64,000 bases of DNA. It comes from Schmidtea polychroa. Lineage: Eukaryota. The notes under the pieces are model-generated. The model did no database searches. It was not told the origin of the DNA and was given only the letters and a program-made list of their open reading frames with translations. The DNA lies in contig CM097885.1 of NCBI GenBank assembly GCA_044892525.1, positions 22,074,001 through 22,138,000 on the forward strand, read 5' to 3'. The stretch's first letter is position 1. The number at the start of each line of letters is the position of its first letter. This document shows positions 36,830 to 49,157 of this stretch, in pieces. The translations under genes were made by a program, and so were the position numbers.

Positions 36830-37383
36830 TATTTTTAAAAAAAAAATAAATGACCTTGAAAAAAAATAAATGACCTTGAAAAAATAATATTTTGAATAAT
36901 AATAATAATAGTCAAATGACCTTGAAAATGGTCTCGGGAAAACGTTAATAATTTTGCCAATAATAATGATGATAATAATATTTATATATTAGTAGATAGA
37001 TCTTGCACTGGGCTTTAAAATGAGCTATCGATCGATGAAGTAGAATGATGGGAACGATAACTTTTGGGCAAACAAAAACCAGGAGCTCCCCCAGCCACTA
37101 ATAATATTTTTGAAAAATAATAATAAAGATAATAATATTTTAAAAAATAATAATATGACCTTGATGATTCATCCTAATGAGTCATATGACCTTGGGAATG
37201 ACGTTGGAGAGGCACGCGACCTTGAAATGACCTTGAAACGATCTGGATGAGTCATGGTCTTTGTTTAAAATTTGACCTTGAAAAAAATGACCTTGACCGT
37301 TTTTTTTTAAAAAAATTCCCCGGGGGGAGGGGGTATATGTGGCCGGGGGAGCTCCTGGCCGGGGGAGCTCCAATCATACTACT
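36830..37383. mobile_element. Terminal fragment related to the central mini-element
   Basis: Ends GGGGGGAGGGGGTATATGTGGCCG...GCTCC...ATCATACTACT like 6779-6840; 36995-37080 matches 6195-6275 and 6655-6740 inverted; many TGACCTTGA motifs. Confidence 0.7.
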
Positions 37384-38183
37384 AATAATAATATTGATAA
37401 TAAATGTTAAACTCTATAAGTATCTAATAATGGTAGGAGTAATATGGTTTAAAACTTTTTATAGTTCAATGTGTGTCTTCACATTATTTTTTGAAAATAT
37501 ATGTTGCAGTCAGCATGCAAATACATATGTGGAAGATTTATCCTAGAAATCTAAAGTAAATAGCAAAAATTAAAGGGTTTAATAAAAATTAAAATGATAA
37601 CTGGACAAGAGAAAATGGGGCTCAATATATTCTATGGTAGCCCATGAATCTAGAGGCTCGTCGGATCATTAGAAGTTCTTAATATAGAGCTCACCACCCC
37701 CTAAATCACAGTACTAACGTCGTTTGTGAAGGATGTTTAGTGACTGATTAAAATAATTATGCGCAGTTGCAAGGTGAATATATAGAAAGTGTCGAATAGG
37801 TAAGTACTTAGAAAGTGAAAGATTTTCTCCATTTGTAACCCACCACAACCGTATGCTTAAAATCTTTACCATATATAATATTTCTTTTGGAAAAAACAGA
37901 AATTTTATTAAATGTATTTATTTATATATAATTATATTCTCTCGCTGGTTTTGATTTTTTTTATTATGTAATTACATGTCAAATGCAATTTAAAATTTTA
38001 TTAATAAATCCTAAAATGTCGCACCAAATTTATTTTAAACTTTATAAATAATAAACATATTATTATATTAAGTTACAAATCAATTTTTATAAAATTTAAT
38101 AAATATCAAAATTTGTGCTGTATATTAAAATTTAAATTACGTTATTGTTTTAATATATACATTTATAAACGAAATTCATCAAC

Positions 38184-38610
38184 ATGTCTGGTCGTAAGTT
38201 GCTTCTTTTTTCAAAGCGACTCTTTTCTATTTCCGAAAATCCAGCATTGATAAATTCAGTAATATTTATTTAATATTTTTTTTTTTTTTATTTTTCTAAG
38301 GTAGAATTATCTGGATTAGTAACAAGAGTTTATAAAAATACTTCTGTTCAAAATCAAGACTTTTATGCTGTACATTTTAAAACAATTTGTGAAAGCAGGC
38401 CGGTCTATTTATCGTAGGTTTTATTAATAATTTATTCTATATTGACATAATTTTAGATGCCTTGTTTTCAATTCAGATCAACACAGTAAATGTGAAGATT
38501 TACGAATTAATGACTTTATTCGCATTAAAGGTGATTTAAAATCAAATTTCAGAAGAGCCCCCTCAGCTGTTTCTGTCGTAGCTAACTCGATAATAGTAGA
38601 GACACGATAA
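38184..38610 (+). CDS. Three-exon gene, 113 aa SSB-like OB-fold protein with mitochondrial-presequence-like N-terminus
   Basis: Exons 38184-38258, 38301-38413 and 38457-38610 with GT-AG introns of 42 and 43 nt. Product: MSGRKLLLFSKRLFSISENPALINSVELSGLVTRVYKNTSVQNQDFYAVHFKTICESRPVYLSCLVFNSDQHSKCEDLRINDFIRIKGDLKSNFRRAPSAVSVVANSIIVETR. Supported by a paralog with the same intron phases. Confidence 0.8.
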
Positions 38611-38989
38611 ATTATGTAATAGGATATAATAAAAGTTCAAATTCTTATTTTATATTTCAAATGATAAGTGGTCATGGGTGTGTGTGTGTGTAGATTTATA
38701 TATAACTGATAAGAATTCCACGAATAGGAAGAAATTTATATCTAATGAAATCTATTTATTTAAACTTATATAAATATTAATTATTTAAATTCTTCGCGAT
38801 GAGTTTGTTTGAATAATCGGATATTTCCAAATTTTAAATAAATGTTAAGTGGTTATAAAATTACTTTTTTCACTATATCGATTTTATTGCCATTCATTAT
38901 CTACACCAAATATAGTTTTATTGTATTCACTGGCAATAAATGATCTTTGATCTTGAATTATTTTTATTAATATCAAATTTACAGTTCAA

Positions 38990-39895
38990 ATCCATTTTCA
39001 TTTGAAGCTAAAGTAACAGACGAAAACTCCATCCTTACTAATAGCAGATTTACGATATCCTCTATTTCAGCGTTTCCCAAACGAGATCTGAAAAGTTTCT
39101 TGAGATCGGAGACGGATCGCGACCCACATCTTTAGAAAATCCTGTGCTATATGAAAGAGTACAAATACACACTGCGACACTATTCCTAGTGACTGACCAA
39201 TGTAATAATATGTAAAAAAAAATTTTGTGTTTTTACAATTTTTGCCGCGACCCAAACTTTCGGACACGCTGTTCTATTTGGTTTATACAACACTATTTAA
39301 TATTATTCCTTGGAATATGATTTTCTCGAATAGTTCTTGTTCTACTATATCCTTCATGTCTAAGAAAATTGAAAAGATTAAATCATGTGAATAAATTGTC
39401 AAGCGTAATGTGAAATGGCATTTTTTCACATTATTGTCAAATTCATCAATCATTTTTATAAGCCAAGTTACTGATTTTTCAAATGGGTCTTTGCCTTGAT
39501 ATATATTGAAATTTGTAAGATGACCACTAATAGTACACCATGCTGTATAGCCGAATGTTATTGGTTTGCCTCTGATTAATTGTTTACATGAATGTTTTCC
39601 GTAATATTTCACCATTGATTCGTCAAATGATAGTTTTTGTTCGGATACAAAGTATTTTAATAGATTTTTCTGCAAAAAATCCATCAATGGCCTTATTTTT
39701 CACATCTTATCCTTTGCATTAATGTTTTTATTGTCCAAGCAGTGTACAAAACGAAATATTTCTTCAAAACGGTGTCGTTTCATTGATTGACAAACAAGTT
39801 CATATCTAACATTCAAGTTTGAACTCTAATTTCATCTTTTACTAGGAACTATATTATATCCAGACAAGGTTAAAATTCCAATAAAACATTTTCAA
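38990..39895 (-). pseudogene. piggyBac (PGBD-like) transposase remnant
   Basis: LSFDESMVKYYGKHSCKQLIRGKPITFGY...NFNIYQGK; upstream fragments for FIGILTLSGY and RFEEIFRFVHCLDN; frameshifted. Confidence 0.85.
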
Positions 39896-40369
39896 TTAAG
39901 TCCACATTCGAGGAACCGGTTGTTAAACCATTTTTAGATAGAAGCAATCCGGTCAAAAATCAATTAATCAAAGTGATTATTTTAGTATAAAAGCAAAGTC
40001 AAAATTAAAAATAATCGGCATTCTGCGTCAGCTAGGGACACGAAGAAACCGAGCTTAGGGTAATCAGGAAGTTAGGGAAACGAACGGATAGAGTTAGGAA
40101 ATATTCGAGACATGAGAATAAAATTGAATTGGAAGCGAACCAGATCAAATAGTAATTTCGATTAAAAGGTGGATATTGATAAAGATTACAAATCATCAAC
40201 GCCGAGCGGAGAACCGATTACACTTGTAAATTCTGTCGTTTATTGTATCTTTGGATTTTGATAGATTTGTGTGATTCAAAAATACGTTGGGTAGCTTATT
40301 GTTTTGTTATTCAAAGGGACATGTGGAGTCAGAGTTTACCGATTTGAATTAATAAAACATAACAATTCC

Positions 40370-40625
40370 ATTACATGGTGGATAATATGGTGATGAAAAA
40401 ACTTTGTTTGGTACCGATTATTACGTTGAATACTCTAATCAGCTTGCTTCTAAAATTTGATCCATTGTCTGAATGCACATATTCTGGACAACCAAATTTA
40501 GTAATTCACTGTTCCCAAATCGATCTTGCGACCGTTTCAGCAGTAATGTCTCTAATTGGAATAAGGCATGTATATTTCGAGAAGTAGTCAATAATTCACA
40601 AAATATACTTGTTGCCATGAGCTGT
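40370..40625 (-). pseudogene. LTR-retrotransposon integrase core fragment
   Basis: Minus strand reads FSKYTCLIPIRDITAETVARSIWEQ*ITKFGCPEYVHSDNGSNFRS. Confidence 0.85.
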
Positions 40626-41339
40626 GATCATCAGTGATCAGTAGATAAATCCTATAGGAATCCTCGACTCTCACATAAATATTTTTTTGTGTGTAAATAA
40701 GGGGTACCTATATGGGGTACCCCTACTTATTTTTTACAGGATCCCCCAATATAATTTTTTTAATTTTATTTTTAATTATAAATTGCATAATAATAAATAT
40801 TTTGTTTAAATCGTAGATTGCGTCATCAATTTTTATTTTTTATAAAAACTTTTTACATCAATATGCTTGAAATCAAATTCTCTATTAAAGGACACTTTGA
40901 CGTAATCAAAATTTTTAGTGCACCACTTTTGAATTTACACGTCTTTTTAAACAACTTTCAGATATATATAGAATTTAAATCTCTAGAAAATGACATCATT
41001 ATTTATTTCAAATTCAAACTCATAACACCTTAAACAATGCCTTTATCAGCAAACATTTACATACACACACATTTTCAACTTTAAAAAAATACAATTTACT
41101 CATCTATACTTAAGAAAATCCATTCTGGTGTTAAAAAATTATATTTGAGCACTAGCTACTCTCTAAATTGGTGATATGAAATCTTTCTCATCCATTTTAT
41201 ATTCCTGTATTGAAATATTTACAAACCAGCTTTCCCCATCTTTATATTCAAAGGTATCATGAAAACGGGAATTTCGATTGTTGATGAATATATTTTCATT
41301 CCTAGGTCTACGGTTTCTTTGAAAGATATTACAAGACGA

Positions 41340-41480
41340 GTTTACCAACAGATTACCGGAACCAGAATTGCGACCTTTACAACCCGGTCAATGTTGCTGT
41401 TGTGATGAATCAGGTCATATTCGAAGCAATTGTCCTTTAAACAAGTGCTTTTAATATGCGGTAAAAATGATCATTTTTTA
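41340..41480 (+). pseudogene. gag zinc-knuckle relic
   Basis: QCCCCDESGHIRSNCPLNKC, similar to the knuckle of the gag at 62184. Confidence 0.55.
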
Positions 41481-43779
41481 ATAACTGCCCTTTATTAAGA
41501 AGTAATAATACATGAAGTATTCACTGTATTCAATGTTGGATTGCTTAGGGGTGTGTCATTTTAAATGTGTTAGGGATATTTATGGATTTTTCTGCGACTC
41601 CTTCCTAAATGCCTTCAGGATTATTGTTTTTATGCCATTTATGTACCCATGGTGATGTTGGGCTAGAACTGATTTCTAGACCCAAACTTCTAATTATGAT
41701 TGAAATGTGTGGGTACACAACATGCAAAAAGCAAAAAGTATAGCTAAATATTAAAAACTACACCAAATAAACAATGGTAATTAAAGGAGAAAACAACAAA
41801 AATAAACACAGAAATTAAATAAAATTATACAAAAGCAAGAAGTTATGCAAAATTAAACTCAAAAATATCCAAATAAACATAGAATTACAAAAAGAGACTC
41901 GAATAACTTAAAAGACGGTAAAAACAGTAAAAAATTCCAGAAAAACCCAGAACATTCCATAAAAATGGCGATGACCATCACAAAAGCCATCTAGAATAAT
42001 AAAAGTTAGGAAAATAAATAAATTAGTATTAAAAATAAAAAATCTTAAAAAGAAATTCATAAAACATCAGTTAAAATTAAAATAAAATTAAAATTAACAT
42101 GGAATGTTCTGGAACCGTTCCAAATCCATCATGGACGTCAAATTAATGAAAAATAATTAAAAAATAAAAATTTAAAAATAAAAACAAAAATTATGGCACA
42201 AAAATTGCCATTAAAAATATCAAAATCGCAAAATAGAAAATTCTGGAATAAAAAGAATTCGAGTTTGTTTTAATGCATCAATACATACACGTGTACAAAT
42301 TAGGTATATATACCGACACGTTTCGGTCATAAAAAAATCATTTTTATGCCAAATTTTTGTGAAGAAATTTTTAACACTGATAGTGAGTATTGATTTTGTT
42401 TTTGATTTTATTATTTGACTAATTATATTACTAATGTTTTAAACCATTTTTTCCTTTTTTATTTTTTTTTTGTTAATTTGTTAAGGGATGCACGAAGGTT
42501 CAACGGCGTACTGGTATTCCTACGTCGTTGTTCAGTCCTGCATCCAATTTATCAAAGTTTTTAGGACATGCATTATGAATATTATATCGATCTATTATTA
42601 TATCGTCCTCTTTTTGTTCGGGTCCTGCCATGGAGTTAGGTCGAGGAAACCCTCCGCCTGACTCTTTGTATTTATTAAAGGTCAGCCGTGAAGGGTTGAC
42701 TTAGCACATAACATTAAGGTTTGTGGAAGTGGTTACAGTGGGGCCATGGAAGCAATATTCTTCCCGACCTTTGCTTAATACACAATTAATTTCAACATTT
42801 AAAATCATGGACAACATCTCTACACTAAGGTATTAATCTGAGTAGAACTCATACCTAAACTTACACAATTCTGCACTCACACTCATGTAGTTGGTTGACC
42901 CATAAAAGTAATTTCAAGTATAATTTAACAGGCTAATTCAAATATAAATGTAGATATGATAAACTTAACTCTTCAAATTTCAGTACAAAATTTAGGGTTT
43001 CTACATCGAAAATAGTAATTATCCCAACTTAAAAACCTCAGCTATGAACAATGTGAATAAATCTTAACTATGAAATAAACCCAAATTTAGGTGTATATGG
43101 ATCAGGGAATATGAATCTAGTTATGTATAGATGGTATATGTAGTTAACGTTGAAAAGGTAAACCAGTAATAATGGTAGATAGGCGTTGAAGATGTATCTT
43201 ATAAAATTTCGGTATGAATGTTGGGGACTAAAAATCTAAATCATAATTAGTTACGAACGAATCTTTTTTAATCTTAAAACCATAAATTATAAAGATCATA
43301 AACATTGTACATAAATTGTATCGATCCTAAAGTTATAAATTCTCAAAACATAAATTATCAAACTTATAAATGTTATATATAAAGTATAGTGATAGTTATA
43401 GTTAAATCTTACTTTATAGAATATAAATTAGAAAGAGTAGTATATGAATCTTGATCACAAATATAACTCATAATTATTAACTATATATGTATATTAAGTC
43501 TGAAAATTATAAACTATAATTAGTTGTATATATAAGGTTTATGGATGTAAACTATAAGTGATTACAAGTTCTAACTATAACGTAGGGAATATAAATAATG
43601 CCAGGTAAATCGGCATTATAAATATAATCTATAAAGAGGTATCAATACCAGTTACCAATGATTATACTTAATATTTAACTATAAATATATAAAGTATAAA
43701 TAGCTAGAATAGCTTGCCTTTAAGTACACGACGTTAAAAAATTTTAGAAATAAAATATATATTTTGTTGAAATTATAAA

Positions 43780-44000
43780 TTATAAATTGAAAATAATTAT
43801 ATTTCTTATTACTATTATAATCGTTATCATTATTATTATTATTATCATCATTATTATTAATATTATTATTAGTAGGGTTGTCATTACTAATATTATTATC
43901 ATTATTATTATTATCATCATTAATATTAGCATTGTTACTAGTAACATTATCATTCTTACTATTATTATTATTATTACCATTATTATTATTATTATTATAA
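43780..44000. repeat. Degenerate (ATT)n microsatellite
   Basis: Direct. Confidence 0.9.
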
Positions 44001-44183
44001 TTTTAAATAATTATTTCATAAAAATAAAATTATAAAACAAATTATCGATTTTGGGATTCCCCTATCTCTAAATTTAGTTCAGTGGCCCTATCTTCCAATA
44101 AAAGTGCGGAAATTCACTAAATTCTATTTTAAGTAACCCCCCCCCCCCGGAAAACGATATTACTAATGTGGGAATATATACAT

Positions 44184-46312
44184 TAGGGTGGGTCGAATGT
44201 TAATAAATTTTGAGTTCAAGAAAGGAAATATGGTTAAAAAGTTGTATTTTGGTATAGAAAAATCGAATCAAACCATTTTACTTAGATTTATGGACATTTA
44301 CTGCTCCCAACTTTTCTCCGAAAATGCAGTTCAACATAAGTGTGAAAACAATGTAATTTGGCTAGTGTCGGAATGTGTTTTGCGCCTTTGTCCATATTTA
44401 GATGTAGCTTTCTTAAGAGCTTATAAGTATATTATTTACCCTCTTGGGCTAAGATAGTATATTCTGTGTCCTCATCCCGCATTGAAATATATCCTGACAA
44501 CGTCAGTGATTAGGAAGGGCTAAATTTGAATTATCCTTTTCAAAGACAAAAATCAACTTTCGAAATTATTTTTTATTAAAAACATCCAGCCAAAAGTTTA
44601 GAAATGTATTAGCGAGGGCATAAAAAGAAGTCACATGAAATCAGCTTTGCTTTGCACCTTGGGCAATTCCTTCCTTGATTTTTTACACAGTAGTACCATA
44701 CCATGTCTGGACTTGTGACCAAACACTTTGCAACTGGCAGAAGAAACATCTTTGATGGCTCTTTCAACGGCTTGAGAATGACAGGGAAATTGTTCTAATG
44801 TAATTTTCTTATTCATCTTCAATTCATGATCCAATATATGAGATAAAAGAGGGGGAGGCGTCAAATTACATTTTGTCCAGTCAATCATGTCAACATATGA
44901 TGTAGCAGACGACTGAAGAAAGACAGTATTCTTGTCCATAGTGCGAATCACTTCGGAAGGGAGAAAATTTTGTCTTGCAGTTATGATTTTTTCTGTTGCA
45001 AACTTTCTGATTTCTTCATCATCATCACCAACAGTAGCTAGGAGTATATTTTCTGGATATGAGAAGTAATTGTTGTTCTGAATGACAGGAAAGATGATTT
45101 CTTGGTCTGATGGACCCAAATCCTGCAGAAGTTGGAGCATATAAAAAATATTTCTTGCACCATCTTGACATGACGAGTGAGTCTTTATATAAAACCATGA
45201 CGGTCCATAGAAATTGACAATAAATTTCACTATTCGCATGAGAGGTTCAGATGGAGCAGTTTCGGACAAATATAGTCGCAGAATTCTATTAGCTTTCGTT
45301 AGCCAGCGACTGTGATTCAAATTTCCTGGTTGTGCCATTTGTAGAAAAGGGACATCCTTGTTGTTGTGGTACCCTTTCTGGACTGCCAAGCATACTCTGA
45401 GGAAATACAATTGATCAGTGTTCAATTCTTTCTTGGCATTTTCACTAATATCTACGACCTTTCCAGGAAGGGACATAAAGGCTACTACGGGCTTGTCTTT
45501 TGGATCAAAATCAAGAACGCTTCCTATTTCACCACATGACGTTTTTGGACCTTTTGTTTCTCCACCATCGACGACTGAAAAATACTTCCTGAATGGCAAT
45601 TCTTTTGCATGCAACAAGCATATCAGCCATTGTAGAGGTCGCCCTAGGCTTTTTTCGAGTCTTCTGATTATTCCATTATTTTTTCCGGTGTTTGTATTGG
45701 TTCCATCGCACACAATTGCTTGAAGGGTCAGTGAGGACTGCGTGCTAACGATGATTGACATGATTTCTTTGCCAATATCCACAGCTTTACTACTTTGAGG
45801 TACAACATGATCGATATATGTATCCCCTGGAAAGGCGACAATCACATAATGCTCCTCTTTTAGGATCCTTCTATGAAGTAAGGTGGAATCTTGTTTCCCG
45901 TCGAAACCGAGGCAAATCAAGTTTTTCGCTTCTGCTGAATGCTGTTCAATTGTGGGTTATGTGTTGACTGTAGTGTGTGTGTTAGTATTGTTCAGAAGAA
46001 ATTGTCTTTGTGAGTGCTTGTGTGAAGGTGCTTCCGTGAATTAACCTCTCTATACATGCACGCGTTAGCTTGGACTTGTGAATAGAGCATGTCAAAAATT
46101 GTCTTTCTGCAAGCGTGTGACTGCTTGCAGGATGAATTTACAATGGCACGTGTGCGAGCATTTTTACTGGGATAGTACTAATACATACAAACAAAAGTTG
46201 GGACCTGTAAACCCTTTTAAACAGCAGTCTTTTGCAGGGATATTTCATTTTCTAGCATAAGCACAACTTTTTAGGCATGTTTGGAGAAAAAAAAAATTTT
46301 CGACCCACCCTA
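44184..46312 (-). mobile_element. hAT-superfamily DNA transposon (hATm-like), internally deleted
   Basis: TIR TAGGGTGGGTCGAA / TTCGACCCACCCTA; 8 bp TSD ATATACAT, with the right copy split by a MITE. Confidence 0.85.
44631..45920 (-). CDS. DDE transposase catalytic region (N-terminus missing)
   Basis: GFDG, CDGTNTNTG, CLLH (CxxH), SRWLT, PCHSQAVER; starts at TTG with no upstream DNA-binding region. Confidence 0.85.
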   Translation of the reverse strand: MICLGFDGKQDSTLLHRRILKEEHYVIVAFPGDTYIDHVVPQSSKAVDIGKEIMSIIVSTQSSLTLQAIVCDGTNTNTGKNNGIIRRLEKSLGRPLQWLICLLHAKELPFRKYFSVVDGGETKGPKTSCGEIGSVLDFDPKDKPVVAFMSLPGKVVDISENAKKELNTDQLYFLRVCLAVQKGYHNNKDVPFLQMAQPGNLNHSRWLTKANRILRLYLSETAPSEPLMRIVKFIVNFYGPSWFYIKTHSSCQDGARNIFYMLQLLQDLGPSDQEIIFPVIQNNNYFSYPENILLATVGDDDEEIRKFATEKIITARQNFLPSEVIRTMDKNTVFLQSSATSYVDMIDWTKCNLTPPPLLSHILDHELKMNKKITLEQFPCHSQAVERAIKDVSSASCKVFGHKSRHGMVLLCKKSRKELPKVQSKADFM

Positions 46313-46317
46313 ATATA

Positions 46318-46533
46318 CCGTATTTTAGCGCATATAACGCGCGCGTTATACGCATTTTTACAAACCGTGCACCCCCCATGCGCGGTATCTGTGGGTGCGC
46401 GCTTTATGATTTATATTTTACACGTGGCGGCATTGCCAGTGGAAATATTTTTATGATGTGACAGTAACCCTAACATCGGTATTATTGTTTATTGTAATCA
46501 GATACCGTGCGCGTTATATGCGCTAAAATGCGG
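46318..46533. mobile_element. Tc1/mariner (pogo-like) MITE
   Basis: TIR CCGTATTTTAGCGCATATAACGCGC / GCGCGTTATATGCGCTAAAATGCGG, TA TSD. Confidence 0.9.
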
Positions 46534-47715
46534 TACATATATATGGATAATATAAGTATGTGTGTGAAGCTACAAGTATACATGCGTGGTTCGAGATATA
46601 TCCCCATAAATCTAACAAATAGCTGTCCGGATCTCAATGCGGTATCATGACCACAACCCTTTAGGGTAATAGTATGAGGAGAAATAATTTACTGAAACAA
46701 TTTATTAAAATAATTTATTAAAATAATTTACTAATTTATTAAAGTTATTAAATTTATTTCAAACCCAAATCAAAGGAAGTCTAAATTTATTAATCACTAA
46801 AATTCTGACAAAATTATCAAATCGAAGGACGAAGAACTTAATAGTGAACTACATTTATTAATCCAATCACCCCTATATTTGCATCATGGTTTCTTCGAAT
46901 CATATTCATGCCAAAGTCCTGTGGGCACAGGTGAGGAAATGTATCCCTCTGGGGTGGGAAAGCCTCGGGATGATTCCTTCAGTTTTTGTTTGGTTCGACG
47001 ACTTGCATATTGTTTTGATGTGATAATGTTGGATAGCCGACTATACTTCTTGTGTCTCTTCTACGTAATCATTGTCAGGTAATTCCACCAGGACGATTTG
47101 TGGGTGGAACCAACCTTGGGACGACCAAGCCATCACACCTCATTGAATTGTAATAAACTTGATTGCTAAGCAAATCTTCGAATTTTCTCATTGGTGCTGT
47201 CAAGCAATCCTTGCTCAGACTAGATGTCATGGTAGGTTGTTGGTCAATGGTGATTGTTGTGGGAGTGTGGCCGACTACTGATATTACTGAAATGTAATTA
47301 AAAAATTTACGATATCAATATTTAATATAATCAATTGTCTACCTTATCATAGTAAAATTAACCAAAAGTACAAATTGATTTGAAATTCATTATTTATCAT
47401 TAATTATAATTATATCAACAAAACAACGAAAAAATTTAGATACTGTTAAATGACTATAACAAAACAAAAAGTACTAAAAATCAAGGTTCCATGGCTTTAT
47501 TCAAATTATTAGTTACCAAATTTTTTCTATTAGATGAAAATTTTTTTTTCTTCTTAATTTAATTGATTAAAAATTATCGCTAAGTTAAATTCAATCTTCG
47601 TGTTAAAAGCACTCAACTTACTTACAGTAACTTATTATTTAGTTGAGATATTTTATCATAACTTCAATTTGTAAGTTATTGGTTGGGAACAGGTTGTAAC
47701 ATTTGTACTGCAGAC

Positions 47716-48078
47716 ATGTCACAATCAAGCGACCACAGTGAAGAAGAGGTCCAACAAATGATCACTCGACTCCGTACCCGGTACATTTGGTATCACATCC
47801 ATCGGTGGAGCCAGGGACGGGACCTGGATAGCACTAATCGAGTTATCCGAAGTGGCCCCGAACCAGATGCCCCGGCGTGGGTGAAGATAGAACCGGCAAA
47901 CAATGTACTCCAGGAGGCCCGTGATCAAGCGGCTGGTGCCGTAGAGGCCGCCCAGGTGCGACTCAAGAAGATCGAGTTGCAAATCAGAGCAGAAAGGGAG
48001 GGAGTGCCCCTGGAGGAGCTAGAGGAGGCCGAAGCACCCCCACGAAAGAGAGGGAGGCCCCGCAAATGCCGATGGTGA
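47716..48078 (+). CDS. GC-rich orphan ORF, coiled-coil with C-terminal AT-hook
   Basis: Sharp GC rise coincides with the ORF; ends PRKRGRPRK. Confidence 0.55.
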   Translation: MSQSSDHSEEEVQQMITRLRTRYIWYHIHRWSQGRDLDSTNRVIRSGPEPDAPAWVKIEPANNVLQEARDQAAGAVEAAQVRLKKIELQIRAEREGVPLEELEEAEAPPRKRGRPRKCRW

Positions 48079-48261
48079 TCAAGGACCGACTCTTGACTTA
48101 CTATAATCAACTCTTTTTCATTGTTTATATTGTGATGAATAATCAAAAATTGGTTGAGGATCATATTTTACTCCTTTTAATAAATTATCTTCTGAATAAA
48201 TTGCCTATTTAATATCTAAAAGTATTGTTATGCATGATATTGACCTTATTATATTGAATGA

Positions 48262-48777
48262 GTGGAAGGCTGCAAGAAGGTAATCATTGTATTTTGTCTA
48301 GTGTTCAAACTATGCGAAAATCTACGAAGGGACAGAGAAGAAGCCCAAAAACAGGCCGAGGAGCTCCGCGTACGAGTGGACCAGCTCAAAGGGAGGTGCC
48401 GGGAACTCGAGGGCACCTGGTTTAGCCCAGAGACAATGAAGAAGAAAACAGCCCAGATCCTCCAGCTGCAAACACAGGCCGCCCAGGATCAAATGGAAAT
48501 TCGTGCCCTAAAACTGCAGGTACGCGCGCTCGAAACCGAACGGAATGAACAGTTGCTGCAGGAGGCCGTGGCAAGACAAATACGGCCACTGGCCGTTGAA
48601 CTCGCAACAATATATCCCCCGGCTGCTGGAAATAAGCCCAAAAGAAAACGGCTCGGACGGAATATTCGTGAAAAATTGAAGAAGGCCAATCAAATTTATT
48701 GCAAGCGCCTACGACGGAGTTGGCCGGCTCTACCAACAAGTCGATTTGAACTTCTTTCTGTCTTGTATATTTTGTAG
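48262..48777 (+). CDS. GC-rich orphan coiled-coil ORF with basic NLS-like segment (start uncertain)
   Basis: Heptad-rich E/Q/L/R/A sequence, KPKRKR, GC island. Confidence 0.5.
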   Translation: MEGCKKVIIVFCLVFKLCENLRRDREEAQKQAEELRVRVDQLKGRCRELEGTWFSPETMKKKTAQILQLQTQAAQDQMEIRALKLQVRALETERNEQLLQEAVARQIRPLAVELATIYPPAAGNKPKRKRLGRNIREKLKKANQIYCKRLRRSWPALPTSRFELLSVLYIL

Positions 48778-49157
48778 TGTGTGTCGTATATTTTTGTAGC
48801 ATCAAAATAATTTTTGTTAAAATAATACATATGTTGTAGTAGTAAAATAATTTCAACTATCTTTTATGATGGCCTGAGAAATGAGAGTTTGTGCGTAAGG
48901 TTGGGAAAACAATTTTAATGAGGGACCTGAGAAATCGGACACACACCTTCTATCGGTAGTCCGTGAACCCATGGAGTACTCGACAATTATAGTGCCTTGA
49001 TGCGCTCACTTTTTGCGAGTACTCAACCCCTTGGTACAGTACCAACGTTGATTACTCAACGGGTACCAAGTGGAAACTAATGTTGTATCTTGAGTTACGC
49101 TGGTAACAGCACTAACTACGAAACCTTCAACCATCAGTAACCCACCAGTGATAACCA

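Noticed and set aside
40698..40730. AGGGGTACC/GGTACCCCT hairpin as a Helitron end or terminator
   Set aside because: No CTRR end or other supporting element structure.
48258..48302. Possible ATG exon spliced into the 48262 ORF
   Set aside because: The implied GT-AG intron is only ~22 nt, well below the 39-48 nt introns seen here.
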